Shown: one piece after another, positions 23,601-34,900 of the stretch
How the letters are laid out: every line of letters starts with the position of its first letter
How positions within the stretch are numbered: position 1 is the stretch's first letter
NCBI GenBank assembly: GCA_004431415.1
Contig: QPMI01000495.1
Coordinates: 1 to 64,000, forward strand
Origin: Cyanophora paradoxa CCMP329
Taxonomy: Eukaryota > Plantae > Glaucophyta
DNA length: 64,000 nucleotides
Direction: 5' to 3'
Notes under the pieces: model-generated
The model's database searches: none
The model's input: only the letters and a program-made list of their open reading frames with translations
Told to the model about the DNA's origin: nothing
Translations under genes and position numbers: made by a program

Positions 23601-26600
23601 CCGAGGGCCCCGAGGACCGGCCCCAGCCCCGCCTCCAAGCTCCGGCCGTAGCCGTGGCCGCCGGGGCGCCGCCGGAGCCGAGCGTCGGGGCTTGCGGTCG
23701 CGGTCGGTCGTCGTAGTGGCGGACGACAGCCTGAGCCTGCACGAGGCAGCGCGCCTCGGCCTCGACCTCGTCGTCAGCCCACCCGACGCCGACGCCGGCG
23801 CCGGCGCTGGCGCGGCCGGCGACGCCGCGCGGGCGCGCGTGCGCGTGGCCGTGCTCTGCCTGGCGGCGCCGCTCGCGGGCCACGCGCGGCGCGACTCGGA
23901 CGGCTCGTCCCACAGCGGCTGCAGCGCCGACTCTGGCGGCTCGTGCCCTCCGGCGGGGGCCCCCGCGCCCGCGGCCGCCTCCCTCGAGCTCCCCGCGGCC
24001 GGCGCCGGCCCCCACCCGCGCGCGCACGTGCACGGCGCCGTCTTCTCGGTCCGCGTCTCCAAGCCCGTGCGGCCGCACCGCCTCGCCGCCGCCCTCGACC
24101 GCGCCCTCGCCGCCCTCGCCGGCCCCGCCCCGGAGCCCGAGCCGGCGAGCTCGAGGAGGGCCTCGGGCGCGAGCGTCCGCACCGAAGTCGGCCCCGGCGC
24201 GAGCTCGAGCTCGAGCTCGAGCTCCGCGGGGAGCGACGCCAGATCCGAGGGCGCCGCCTCCGAGGGCGCCCAGCCGAGGTCTGCGGCGCTCGCGATCACG
24301 GCGCCGGCGAAGCTGCCGGCCGCGAGCGGCGCCGAAGGCAGCGGGGCCTCGAGCTCCCCTCCGAAAATCCTGTGCGGGCTCCGTATCCACGGCGACCTCG
24401 CCTCGCAACAATAGATCGACGCCGGCGCCCGCCAGCGCGCCCTCCGCTAGTTATAACGCGCGTTGGATTTCGGCAGAGTCGTGGACGACGTCGCGATGAA
24501 GTGCGTCGTGGGCGGGAGTTTTACTAGTGGCCCGGCCGCGTTTTGGCGCGCCGGGGGTGCAAGGGGGGAATCTGGATCTAATGAAAGAGTAGTAGTGGAT
24601 TGAACATGCACGGGGCAGATATAGATCGACCCCGGCCCAGCGCGCGCGGCAGGTTGAAGTAGACAGAGATTATATATGATTGTAAAGAGTAGGAAAGGGC
24701 TGTTATGCAGAGGCTGCGATCTAACCGAATAAAGAAAAGACTGAATGAACGGCCAGATTAAGCGCACTGTATATGAAAGATTGTTCTGGAGCGAAAAAAC
24801 GCTGCGCATCATTTGTGTGCGCGCGGCCTACCGCTAACCCTGAACAGCTGGCTAAAAGATGATGGTGCTGTCTGCAGAGGGCTCGCCGTAAACATAGGCG
24901 ATCCAGGCCTTCTGCAGGGGGTCGGGGCGGAAGTCGACCATGGGGGTGAGCGGCAGCCAGCGGCGCCGGTCATGAAGAGGGCCGTCTTGCGAGAGCATGG
25001 TGAGGCGGCCCGCCGCCTCGAGCGCCCGCAGAGCCACGCGGCTGTCGCGCTGCCCGCTCCCGGCGCGCATCTGGTAGACAAGGTCTTGAATTTCGATATC
25101 CGCGAGGCCGGCGTCACGGAGGCGCTTGAGGACTCCCATGTGGCAATCATGAAACAGAGGTGAGATCTAGATATGGGCAGTCCAGTTGAATGAATGTTCG
25201 TGCACCCGACAAAGCGAACGACGAAGCGATCCTGCCGCGCAGCCGCGAGTGCTTCGACTGTTGCTAAAGCGAAGGCGACGGCCTCCTCGCGGATGGGGGG
25301 GAAGCCAGGCCGGTCGGGGAGCTCGCGGACGAGGATGAGCAGGGGACTCTCAGCCGCTCCGAGCACGGACACGAGACCGGCGACGTCGGGGGCCGCTTCT
25401 GACGGCCAGGTGGACGCGGCTTGCCGGTATCCGTCCGGCGGGAGCACAAGCGCGACGGCGCCCGCAGAAAGCCGGCTGAGCGCGAGGCCGAGCCAGGAGG
25501 CGTCGTCGGCGGAGGCAACGACGAGCCCCCCAACAGCCAGAGGCGGTCCCGAAGCCGGCCGCGACATCACGTAGCAGCGGAAGACACTGTCGGCCACCTC
25601 CATCGCGAAGGGGAGCTGCGGATGGTTCAGATGATGCTGACTTCAGAGACGGAGGCCGCTCGGCGGTCGCACCTGGTTCGACGCGTTACACTTGTGCTCG
25701 AGGTCCTCGCGACTGCGCCGGCGTCAGCTTCGCTCGCTACTCTTGGTGTCAGGCTGAGGAATGCGTGAGTGCGGCTGCAGCACACGCACGTGAAACTTAT
25801 GGAGATCGAGATCTAGAGGAAATCTAGAGGAGATCGAGCAAGACAGCTAGGGAGAAGTGGTTCCATGCAGAACCGCGCAACGAAGAGCAAGGCGTAAGCA
25901 ACGCACTGCGAGGAAGCCGAAATCTACAGGAGACAGCTAGCTATAGGGAGAACTGGTTCCATGCAGAACCGCGGAAGGAATTCGAAGACCGGAATGAGAG
26001 AGAAGTTGCTTTCCAGGCTTCAGGTCAAGGAAAACTGGTCTTCGCTAGAACCGCGGAAGGAATTCGAAGATCGGAATGTGAGAGAAGTTGGTTTCCAGGC
26101 TTCAAGTCAAGGAAAACTGGTCTTCGCCCTCGAAAACCTTTTTTTGCATGGACGGCCGCAGCGACAAACACGTGTCGCTGCAAGCGAATTTCCACCCATT
26201 TTTTTCCCGCGTTGCAAACTGGACCTCGAAAACGGCCTCATAGAAGAATTTTGGCTGAAGCGAGGGAACGGGAAGCAAGGGGGGGAAGACCTTCGGTCTT
26301 CTTTTCCCCCCTTGCAATTTTGCGGTGCGATTTCGCGCGACTTAGACTGACTCGGGGTTTCGCGATCGCGGCAGCCGCAAGGTGTGCACGTCGATGACCG
26401 CGCGCGCCGGCGAGAGGGCCGACACGGCCACCCACGGCGGCGAGGTGCGCTGCGCACCCGGGCCCGCCCTCTCATGCGCACGGGATGGACGAGCGCGTGC
26501 ACGGGCGGGCTCGCCTGGGTTAAAAATTTCGCAGGCGGTGGAGGCGGTGCGGGGGCGGGCGGAGCGGGGGGAGCCGCCCTACGCGATGATCTTCATGGAC

Positions 26601-27206
26601 ATGGAGGTGCGCACGCGGCTCACGCTCGCGCGTATATACTCGCAAGACGCTCTAAAGACGTGGACGCTTTTCATTTAGATCTAAAGCCGATCGCGGTGTC
26701 TCGCGCAGATGCCGGTCATGGACGGGTTCCAGGCCTCGCGGAAGATACGGCAGCTGGTGAGCTCGGCCCGCGCAAATTTGATTCGAGACCCGCGAGCACG
26801 CGCGCACTGTGCAGGAGGCGGAAGGGGCGACGAAGGGCCCGCCCTCCAAGATCGTGGTGCGCTGGAGCCCCCGCCGCGGCCGCTGGGCCATCTCGCGACC
26901 GGCGGGCCGGGGGCGGCTGCAGGCGCTGACGGCGAACGCGATGGAGGCGAGCCGGGAGCGGTGCCGCGAGGCCGGCATGGACGACTTCCTCGCCAAGTCA
27001 GGCCCCCCCGCCCCGCCCCGCGCCTCTTAAGCTTCGAAGCCCCCGGCCGCGCGCGGCCGGCGCGCAGCTCACTCGCGCGGCGCAGGCCCGTGAAGATGGA
27101 CCAGATCGCCCGCATGGTCGAGCGCTTCTGCCGCAGCGCGCCCACGGCCAGTACTAGTGCGGAATCGAGCGCGAGCGCGAAGGAGCCGCGGCAGGAGCCC
27201 CCGTAG
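11607..27206 (+). CDS. Membrane-bound hybrid sensor histidine kinase, multi-exon (start uncertain; possibly disrupted)
   Basis: TM1 LASCVLPIFILLLIACCV|IISVLASTY (~11690-11890); luminal/extracellular region with NQS/NKS sequons; TM2 SSIIVSCVCGGLALLLGLAVIFE (~19560); two PAS-like regions (ADALVVTDRDG; VTGLEPNAVLG..VGQDLTEK); H-box KNRFLAYTVHELRTP (21615); N-box QIVMNFAYNGIKFT; G1 DTGLGM; G2 YGGTGMGLAVSKKL; degenerate receiver (..SKPVRPHRL); intact receiver KIL|VVDD..MDME|MPVMDG..ALTANA..K|P; stop 27204-27206. Confidence 0.9.
12659..17469 (-). mobile_element. Non-autonomous Helitron2/Helentron-like element (~4.8 kb) inside a histidine kinase intron
   Basis: On the minus strand it begins T|TGCAAGGGGGGGTC (17469) and ends GACCCCACCTTGCA (12714-12701, 13/14 inverted match), a decayed GC hairpin, and CTAG|T (12662-12659). 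It contains a minisatellite. Removing it and the retro fragment leaves a normal 71-nt intron. Confidence 0.55.
15690..16460. repeat. Extremely GC-rich minisatellite (second copy)
   Basis: Same core as 2158-2932. Confidence 0.95.
17486..18153 (-). mobile_element. 5'-truncated poly(A)-tailed non-LTR retroelement fragment (copy 2)
   Basis: T11 at 17486-17496 on the plus strand. On the minus strand, stem-loop CTACGG-GGGG-TTCG-CCCC-A-CCGTAG and the same S/P-rich ORF, here frameshifted. No target-site duplication seen. Confidence 0.6.
24852..25603 (-). CDS. Cargo gene of the Helitron2-like element, hypothetical protein (~235 aa, likely 2 coding exons)
   Basis: ATG 25603 MEVADSVFRCYVMSR..QDRFVVRF, a short putative intron (~25210-25167, ending ATCTAG), then ISPLFHDCHMGVLKRLRDAGLADIEIQDL..STIIF* (24852). 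A 57-nt GT-AG intron lies in the leader (25672-25616). The coding-intron donor is uncertain. Confidence 0.55.
25965..26127. repeat. Two tandem 82-bp units inside the element
   Basis: AGAACCGCGGAAGGAATTCGAAGA..GGAAAACTGGTCTTCGC at 25965 and 26047, with a few substitutions. Confidence 0.9.
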
Positions 27207-27733
27207 ACTCCCTCCGATCCTTCCTTCAAATTCGGACGCCGTATAAATAATTTCGACTAATACACAGCTTACTAAAAGAAAGGACAATACACATACATAG
27301 AGAGAGAATTCGAAATTTGATAGAAGAAAGAGCACTAGTACTAGTTTTGAATTTCGCAGAGTCGAAAGAGATATCATCGAGCGAATTCGAAGCCTTCGGA
27401 CCATGAAGGCTGAATGAAACCGGGCCTGATCGTGAAACTGTACATGGGCACGCGACGAAGAAATCTAGAGCTCTAAACACGATCGAAAACGCTCTGAAAC
27501 AGTTGCTCTCGCAGTAAATAAATATATATAGAAATAGTAAATGGATCATCGATATCGGATGGGCAGCTACGTATACGCTGTGCAGAAAAACATTAACGAC
27601 AGGGAAGTGATCATGACCACGATATCGGATGGGCAGCTACGCTTCGCAGGATACGACTAGCTTTAGGGGAAGAAGACTTACGCTATAGACGACATGATCA
27701 CGACATCATGACCGGCGCCGGCGCCGGCAGCGG

Positions 27734-30700
27734 CTACGGCGGGTACGCATCGGGGAAGACGTAGTAGTAGATGTTTGCCTGCGCGGACTCGTTCGAGGGC
27801 GTGCCGGGCCAGGGCCCGGGGGATCCGGCCGGGCGGGGCGGGCCGGGGCGCGGGGCGCGGGGCACCTGGCGGTAGAGGCCGAGGAAGGAGATGGAGGTGC
27901 ACGCCATGAACGTCAGGGCGAGCAGCCCGGCGTTCTCCCTGCGCCGGCGGGCGGGGGGGCGGGCTGAGATCCCGCAGAGAATAAATATTCGAAGCGTGGG
28001 CGGATGCGGACCGAAGGAAGCGCCAGGAGGAGGTGAGGGCGAGGCGGTCCTTGAGGCGGGGGAAGAAGTGTGCGGCGGCGTGGAGGGCGGCGACGACGGC
28101 GCCGTTGGCGCCGGCGGTGAGGAGCGAGAAGGTGAGCGCCGAGGCGCACGCGGCGTCGTCGAGGGTGGCCGGCGAGTAGGGGAAGAGGGCGGCGCCGGGG
28201 CCGTAGCGCGCCACGGCGACGGCTGCGACGAAAACCACGGCGGCCACCCAGGAGACGACCGCTTGCCAGAGGATCATCGAGCTGCGCGGGGCCGGCGGGC
28301 CGGGCCGGCCGGGCCACGTCGGCTGGGGGCAGCGCTCCAGGCCAGGCGGGCGGGGGCCGGGGGGCCCGGCCCGGGGCGGCGCACCGGAGGCCCGTCTGGA
28401 TGCTGTACACCCAGAGCTCCTCGCGGTCGTCGAGGAGCGCGGGGGAGGCGCGGCCGGAGGCGGCCGCGGGCCCCGCCGCCCCCTCGGCGCCCCGGTCCTC
28501 CTCGAGCTCCCAGCCCCCTGCCCCCTCCAGGGAGGGCCGCGGCGTCCAGTCGAAGTCGAGCGGCCGCACCTCCACTCGGGCCCCACCGCCATCCACCGGC
28601 ACCAGCCCCGGCGCCGCCTCCGCATCCGGCCCCGGCCCCGGCCCCGGCCCCGGCGCCGCATCGATGTCCTTGGCCATCGTGGCCAATCGCGAGCGGGGCG
28701 CGGGCGAGCTGGAGGCGGCCGCGGCCGGCGCGCGCGGGCCCGGGCCCGACGAGCTCGAGGGGGCGGGGTCAAGGCGAACGCCGGGGGTGGAGAGGCGGCG
28801 GAGGAGGGCGGCGGCGCGGCGGACGAGGGGGCGGGCGACGCGGCGGGCGAGGAGGGAGACGGGTACGAGGAGGAAGAGGAGGTCCGAGGCGAGGGAGACG
28901 AGGTAGACGGCGACGGAGTGCACCTGCGGGAAAGGCGGGGTGAGGGGGGCCCGGCCGGGGGCAGCCGCGGGCCCGGCAGAGCCGGCCGAGGCCTGGGCCG
29001 CCGGCAGCACCTTGAAGTAGGAGAGCTGGCGGAACATCCGCACGGCGAGCCTGCGTCGCGGGGCTCGTGAGGGGCGCGCTCCGGCCGCGGCGCCGGGAAA
29101 CGCGTGATGAAGGGGGGGCGGGCGGGGCGGGGCGGGGCGGGGCGCGGACAGCATGGTGAGGGCCTGCAGGACGACGGCGTCACCGTGGGGCAGGGCGGCG
29201 GCGAGGCTGCCGCGGAAGGCCCGCAGCTGCAGCAGAACGAAGAGGTAGCAGACCGACGAGTTCGTCGCGTTGATCAGCACCTGCGCGCGATTCGCGGCGC
29301 GCCCGGGGCGGGGCGCGTGGGGGCGGGGGCGCGCGGGCCTGGGCGGTGGAGGAGCTGGCGAGGGAGAAGAGGAAGAGGTAGGCGTAGAGGACGAAGATGA
29401 TGAGCATGTTCGTCGCCTGCCGGCGCCCCGGCCCGCGGCCGTGCCCGGCGTCAGCACATATATCACCGGAATTTTTTTCGAGCTCTCATGAACGAGCTTC
29501 GAATTCAGCACGCGGTCACCTGCAGCTTGCTAAAAGTAGCCGCGGCGCGGGCGGGGTCGGCGGGGCCCGCCTCGCGATCGAGCGCGCGATCGGCGGCGCC
29601 GCCGACTCCCGCCTCGAGCTCGAGCTCCGGCGGCGCGCCGGCGCCGGCCTGGGCGGATCTCGCGATCGAGGCGTCGCGTCGGGCGAAGAGCCGGGCGTGC
29701 AGGCGGGCGCAGATCTGGTTCGTGAGCACGATGCAGAGCAGGCCCAGCGCGTAGCCGAACGGTACGGCCGACACTGCGCAAGCGCCCCGCGCGTCGAAAT
29801 CGGCGGCCGGCGGGGGGCACCCGGGCGGGCGGGCGATCGCGAGGGGCGCGGGGCGCGCACGGTCGACGACGGCGTTGGAGGCGGCGAAGAGTGCGGGGGC
29901 GCAGAGGAGGAAGAGGGCGATGTAGGAGGGGACGACGCGGCGGGGCGGGCGCCGCGCGAGGACCGCGAAGAGGACGCTGGAATTGGTGGCGGAGCCGAGG
30001 CAGCCGCAAAAGCCGAAAGCGAGGGCCCGTGCGACGCGGTTCTGGATGGCGGGGTACGGCAGGCCGAACTGGACGGCGGTGGCCGCCGCGGGGCCCACCG
30101 TCAAGATCGCCAGGGCCCGCGCGTTGGCCCAGAAGCCGCCGGCTTCCGGTGCGCCGGCGGCCGCCGACGGGGAGGGCAGGGCGAAGCTCGCCCGGGACCG
30201 GCTGGTCTCGAGCTCGCCCTGGACGAGGCGCCAGAGGGCGCGGGACTCCTCGGCGGTCGCGGGGAATGGCACTCCAGAACTCGGGCCGGAGCGCCCCGGA
30301 GCAACAGCCGCCGGGGCCACGCGGGCGAGGCTGACGCGTGCGGGTGGGCGCGGCTCCTCCTGCTCGCGATCGCTGCAGCTGCTGCTGGCGGCGTGCGCAG
30401 TGCTCCGCCGCCGCGACCGCAGGTGCTGGTGCACGTGCGGCTGCGGCTGCAGGCCGGCGCCGTTGTCGGCCGCCAGGCTGCAGCCGGCCGGCGTCGGCGC
30501 CGCCGACGAGCGCGGCGCCGGCGGGTTCTCGAGCGGGGCGCGGCTGCCGCTCGACGCACACGGCGCGAGGGAGACGAAGGCGATCGCGACGGGCGCCGGC
30601 GGCGCCGGCCGCGGCGCGGCAGCGTCTGGTTCCGCGCGCTCCGGCGGCGCCGGCCGCGGCGCGGCAGCGTCTGGTTCCGCGCGCTCCGCCGGCGCCGGCC

Positions 30701-31193
30701 GCGGCCGCCGCTCCAGCGCTTCTTTCTGCTGCACGCAAGATCTAGACTGAGCAAAGAGGGCGCGCGCGACCCACTGCCGGGGCGCGCGCGCGCGCACCGG
30801 GAGGTCGATGTGCATGCATGTGCCCGCGGCCGGATATCGACTCGCGGCCGGATCCGGATCTGCAGCGAATTCGAAGGCGGGGTGCGGTGGTGTCGATGAA
30901 GCGCCACGGCCCGAGGCACATGCAAATGCATAGCCCTCGTTCTCCTCCCGAACGCGGCTCCGACGCCTGACGGGGGTCGACATCGACGCTGCGGGCTGAT
31001 CATGCTTGTGATCATGAGGGCAATTTGAGCCACCCCGGAGGCCGCCGACATCGAGGAGGCCTGCATCCGCACAAGGGCGAACGAGCGTGCAATCCGGTCA
31101 GCGGTTTCCGACGCCCGGCGGCCGGCGTCGGCCGCGGAGATCTAGAGCACGGCTCACAGGCGCACCGACGAAGAACTGGCCTTGAGCCGCCAT
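27734..31193 (-). CDS. Multipass membrane protein of unknown function (multi-exon; start 31193 or 30983 uncertain)
   Basis: Long disordered N-terminus, then about 10 hydrophobic segments across exons (ALAFGFCGCLG; YIALFLLCAP; FGYALGLLCIVLTN; MLIIFVLYAYLFLFSL; VAVYLVSLASDLLFLLVPV; VVSWVAAVVFVAAVAV; LLALTFMACTSISFLGLY). Ends ANIYYYVFPDAYPP*. Confidence 0.7.
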
Positions 31194-31956
31194 CGCTGAT
31201 ATCTTAGCGACGCATGAAATCCGGTGGGGTGCGCAGCAGCGCAGGAGCGCGCGCGGGGGTTCCGGCCGCGGATCCGATCCCGTCCGGTGCGCCGGGCCGC
31301 TGAGGTCAGCAGTTATTTTAAACTTTGCGTACCCCGGCACCACACTGCCACAGTGGTGCACGTGAGGAGTGCACGTGCCAACCGATCGAACGAAGTTAAT
31401 GGCACGTATACGGTATACCCCGCTCAGGGCCGCGCTGACCGGTACAGTCGGTACTGACCGGCGGTGACCGCGCTTCGAATCGGAGGAGCGCAAGCAAACT
31501 TAATTTCCGAATTCGAAGTTCTGTATGCGCCCGCGGCCGGCGCTGGCCCCTTGCGAAGGCAGTTACCCCCCCGGGGCTTCCGGCCCCCCCCCCCCCCCCC
31601 CCCCCGCCCCCCCGCCCCCCGGCCCATAGCTAAGCTGGCAGGCTAAGGCAGCTCATGACAGCCGCTAGCGCTATGGCGGATTCCGGAGACGAGCGCCACG
31701 CGTACGCCTGCGCGTAGCAGCAGAAGCAGAAGTCTGCGCGCCGTCACGTTCAGCTGCAGTAAGATCATGACCGTCGGACACCAGCAGTTACCCCTGCAAC
31801 CTGGCAGCTCTGTCTCCTGACGCGCTTAGGCCTGCGCATGTATATAGCTGCATTGGTTCATCTAGATCTCCGCTGAGCTAGCGCGCGATTTCGATCACTG
31901 TGCCACCCGCGCTTGCAAGACAAAACAAGCAGCGGCAACGCGATCCACAGCTTTGG

Positions 31957-34900
31957 ATGGGCTGCTGCAACTCAAGGCCCAGGGAGTACGCGCTCGGCGC
32001 TGTGCGCCGCGGGAGCGTGGGCGAGGTGATGGTCAAAGAGATCGTCGTGCAGATCGACCCGCAGCCGCAGCCGCAGCCGCAGCCGCAATTGCAGGCGGCG
32101 CCCGAGCGGCAGCCGAAGCTCGCAGCCGCAGCCGCGCCGCCTCTGGTCATCCATGGCGTGCCGATCAGCGCCCGCGAGGCCGCGGCGGCGCGGCTGCGGC
32201 CGGAGGCAGGGGTCGGCGCCTCGGGGTCGGCGCGGCCGGCGGCGGCGCAGCCGGGCAACCGCGTCGTGCGCGTCTTCCTCTCCTCCACATTCCGTGAGCG
32301 ACGCCGCCCGCCCGCCCGCCGCGCCGGCCGCGCCGGCCGCGCGATCCCAACTGCGCGCCGCGCGCCGTGGCCTCTCGGGGGCACGCAGAGGACATGCAGG
32401 CTGAGCGGGACGCGATCCGCGCCCTGGTCAACCCCTCCATGAAGCGCCTCTGCGCGGAGCGCGGCGTCTTCTACCACGCAGTCGAGTGCGCCGGCGTCGA
32501 CCGGAGTACTAGTCGGCGGGTCCGCATTCGTGATTCGATCCGAAAGCTGATCCCCGCCGGACGCAGCCTGCGCTGGGGCATCACGGACGATGCCTGCAAG
32601 AGCGGGATGGTCACTCTTCTGTGCCTTCGCGAGGTGGAGCGCAGCAACTACTTCGCCGCGTTCGTCAAGGCCCGATACGGCTGGCGCGCGCGCCCCCGCA
32701 CCCCCCTCCCCCCCTTCTAATCACCTCCCTACCCCCCCTCCCGAACTCCCGAGCCCCCGCTTACTGTAATCTTTCCTCCGCCTCGCAGGCACCTCAATCC
32801 CAATGCATCCGCCGAGGACGAAGGCAACGCCCTGTTCCGCCTGTGCGCGTACCCCTGCCCCCGTTCGTAGGGACTGGAACTGAGCGGGGTTACAGGAACC
32901 TCGAGCGCGCGGCGGGGGAGTTCCCCTGGGTACGCGAGTGGGAGGACCGCTCCGTGACAGAGATCGGCGAGCACGTACCCCCAGACCCGCCTTTTCCCCT
33001 GTCCCCCTGATCGCCTCCGCAGAGATCCGCGCCGGCGCCCTCCGGGACGTGGCAGTGCGCGTACCCTCCCTCTCGCTTCCGCGTACCCCTTGGTCGTTGA
33101 GGCGAATCGAATCCAGGCCGCCCGGGGCCGCTCTATGTTCTACTTTGCCTCGCCGTCCCTCTCAGCGGCGGCCGCCGCCTCGGGCGGAGGGGAGGGCCCC
33201 TACGCCGCCGCGCGCCTCGAGGCCCTCAAGGCGCGTCGTACCCCACTCCCGCCCCTTCCACCCTGACCCCGGGCAGGGGGACGTGCGGGCGTCGGGTCTA
33301 CCCCTGGAGGAGTACGGCACGCCCGAAGAGCTGGCCCGCGCCATCCGCTCGGCCCTCACCGACGCGCGCCCACCCCGCCTGCCCGGGGGTACACAAGCCT
33401 TCCTTCGGACTGAGTACCCCCCAGATGCTGGAGCGGGACCACCCCCTGTCGCGCACGACCACCTGGCTCGAGTTCGAGCGGGTACCCCCCCCTTTTCCCG
33501 TATACCCCACCCAGCTCCCTCCCCACTCACCTCCCACAGTCCTTCCACGGAGCCTTTGGCGAGACGCGCCGCCGCGCATTCGTTCGGGATCCGAGCGACG
33601 ACGGTACCCCTCCCCCCTTCCCCCTCCCTTCGTTCTCCAATTTTGCCGCGCCAGCGGCTCTGGACGGGTACGCCGGCTCAGACGGGCCCCAAGCGCTTGC
33701 CGTCGTCGGCCCGAACGGCTGCGGGAAAAGCTGTACCCTCCCCGACTTCGATCCCTTCTACCCCCGTTGAATCGCACCGCAGCGCTTCTGGCGAGCTGGT
33801 CCCACGCGTGGGCGGAGGGGCACCCCGGTGACGTCACCGTCGCCCACTTCGTGGGAGGTACCTACAGCAGCTCGCTGCTCTCCGCGATCGCGAGGCGCCC
33901 CCCCCTCCCTCCCCCCCCCCCTCCCCTTCCCGCCCCCCCATCCCCCACCCCACCCTCTACCGGCCGTGACGTACCCCCCAGGAGGATAAGCGAGGAGGTG
34001 CGGGCAAAGTGGCCCGACCAGGAGCCGATTGACTTCACCGGGTCCGACGCAGAGGTACCCCGCAAGAATAATTCCGATCTGTACCCCTCCCGCCCAGACG
34101 CGACAATCGCACGCGTCTTCAGGTGTCCGTGCGGCTCGCGAGGGCGCTGGCGCGGGGCGCCCAGGAGTGGCCCGCGCGAGGTGGGCGATCATGATCCCCG
34201 CCTTGCGCGATTCCGGTCACGACGGTAGACCCCTCGCCCTTCCCCCCCTCCTCTCGCCGCAGTGGTCCTCGTGATCGACGGAGTGGACCAGGTGGGTGAT
34301 GGATCGCGCCTGCTGCACCCCTCCCCTCCCAGTGACGCGTGGGGGGGCGGGCAGCTCTCGGGGGGGCCCGCGGCGAGGGACCTCGCGTGGCTCCCGGCCG
34401 CTGCCGGGCCCCGCCTCCGCCTCCTGCTCTCCACGCCCCGCGGTGCGCCACCTTTGCTCTCCTTCGCCTCTTCGCGGGCGATCGCTCCGCCAACGCGCCC
34501 CGCCCCGCCAGGCCCCGCCCTGCGGGCCGCCGAGCAGTCCGGGCGCCCCCTCCTCGTCCACGGTGCGCCCCCTCGCCCACGCCCCCGCCCCCGCCCCCGC
34601 CCTCGCCCTCGCGCCGGCTCAGCGTGGGGCAGAGGTGGGCCCGCTGGGGGCGGGTCGGCGGGCGGCCGTCGTGCGGGCCGTCCTCGAGGGCAGGTCCGCC
34701 CGACGCTCCGAGGCTCCCGCGGGGCCCAAGGAGAGAACGGCCCCTAGAGCCCCGCCCAGCCGCCTGGCCTCAGCCGTCCCGGCAGGGGCGGGCCCTCTCG
34801 GAGGAGCGGGCGGCCCGCATCGCCGCCTCCCCGCACGCCGCGAGCCCCGTGCGCGCGATCCCGGCGCCGGCCCCGCAGCTGTCGCGCAGAGGCCGACGGG

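Larger units (their letters stand above)
24524..26316 (-). mobile_element. Non-autonomous Helitron2/Helentron-like element (1.79 kb) inside the receiver-domain intron 24501-26374
   Basis: Perfect 13-bp asymmetric inverted repeat TGCAAGGGGGGAA (24558-24570 and 26304-26316). The 5' copy also pairs with CCCCCCCTTGC (26285-26275) around a GAAGACC/GGTCTTC hairpin. The 3' copy is followed by the hairpin CCCGGCGCG-CCAAAA-CGCGGCCGGG and CCACTAG. T|T target, no TSD. The empty intron would be 81 nt. Confidence 0.8.

Noticed and set aside
12659-26316. Fanzor/TnpB or Rep-helicase cargo in the Helitron2-like elements
   Set aside because: No RuvC D-E-D, zinc-finger, HUH or helicase motifs are visible in the translated frames.
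26317-26331. Canonical Helitron 5' A|TC end at 26330
   Set aside because: Possible (it would leave a 67-nt intron), but the second element shares only the TGCAAGG terminus and a T|T site, favouring 26316.
27550-27641. 22-bp direct repeat with a 48-bp spacer (CRISPR-like)
   Set aside because: Only two units, in a eukaryotic 3' intergenic region, with no cas genes.
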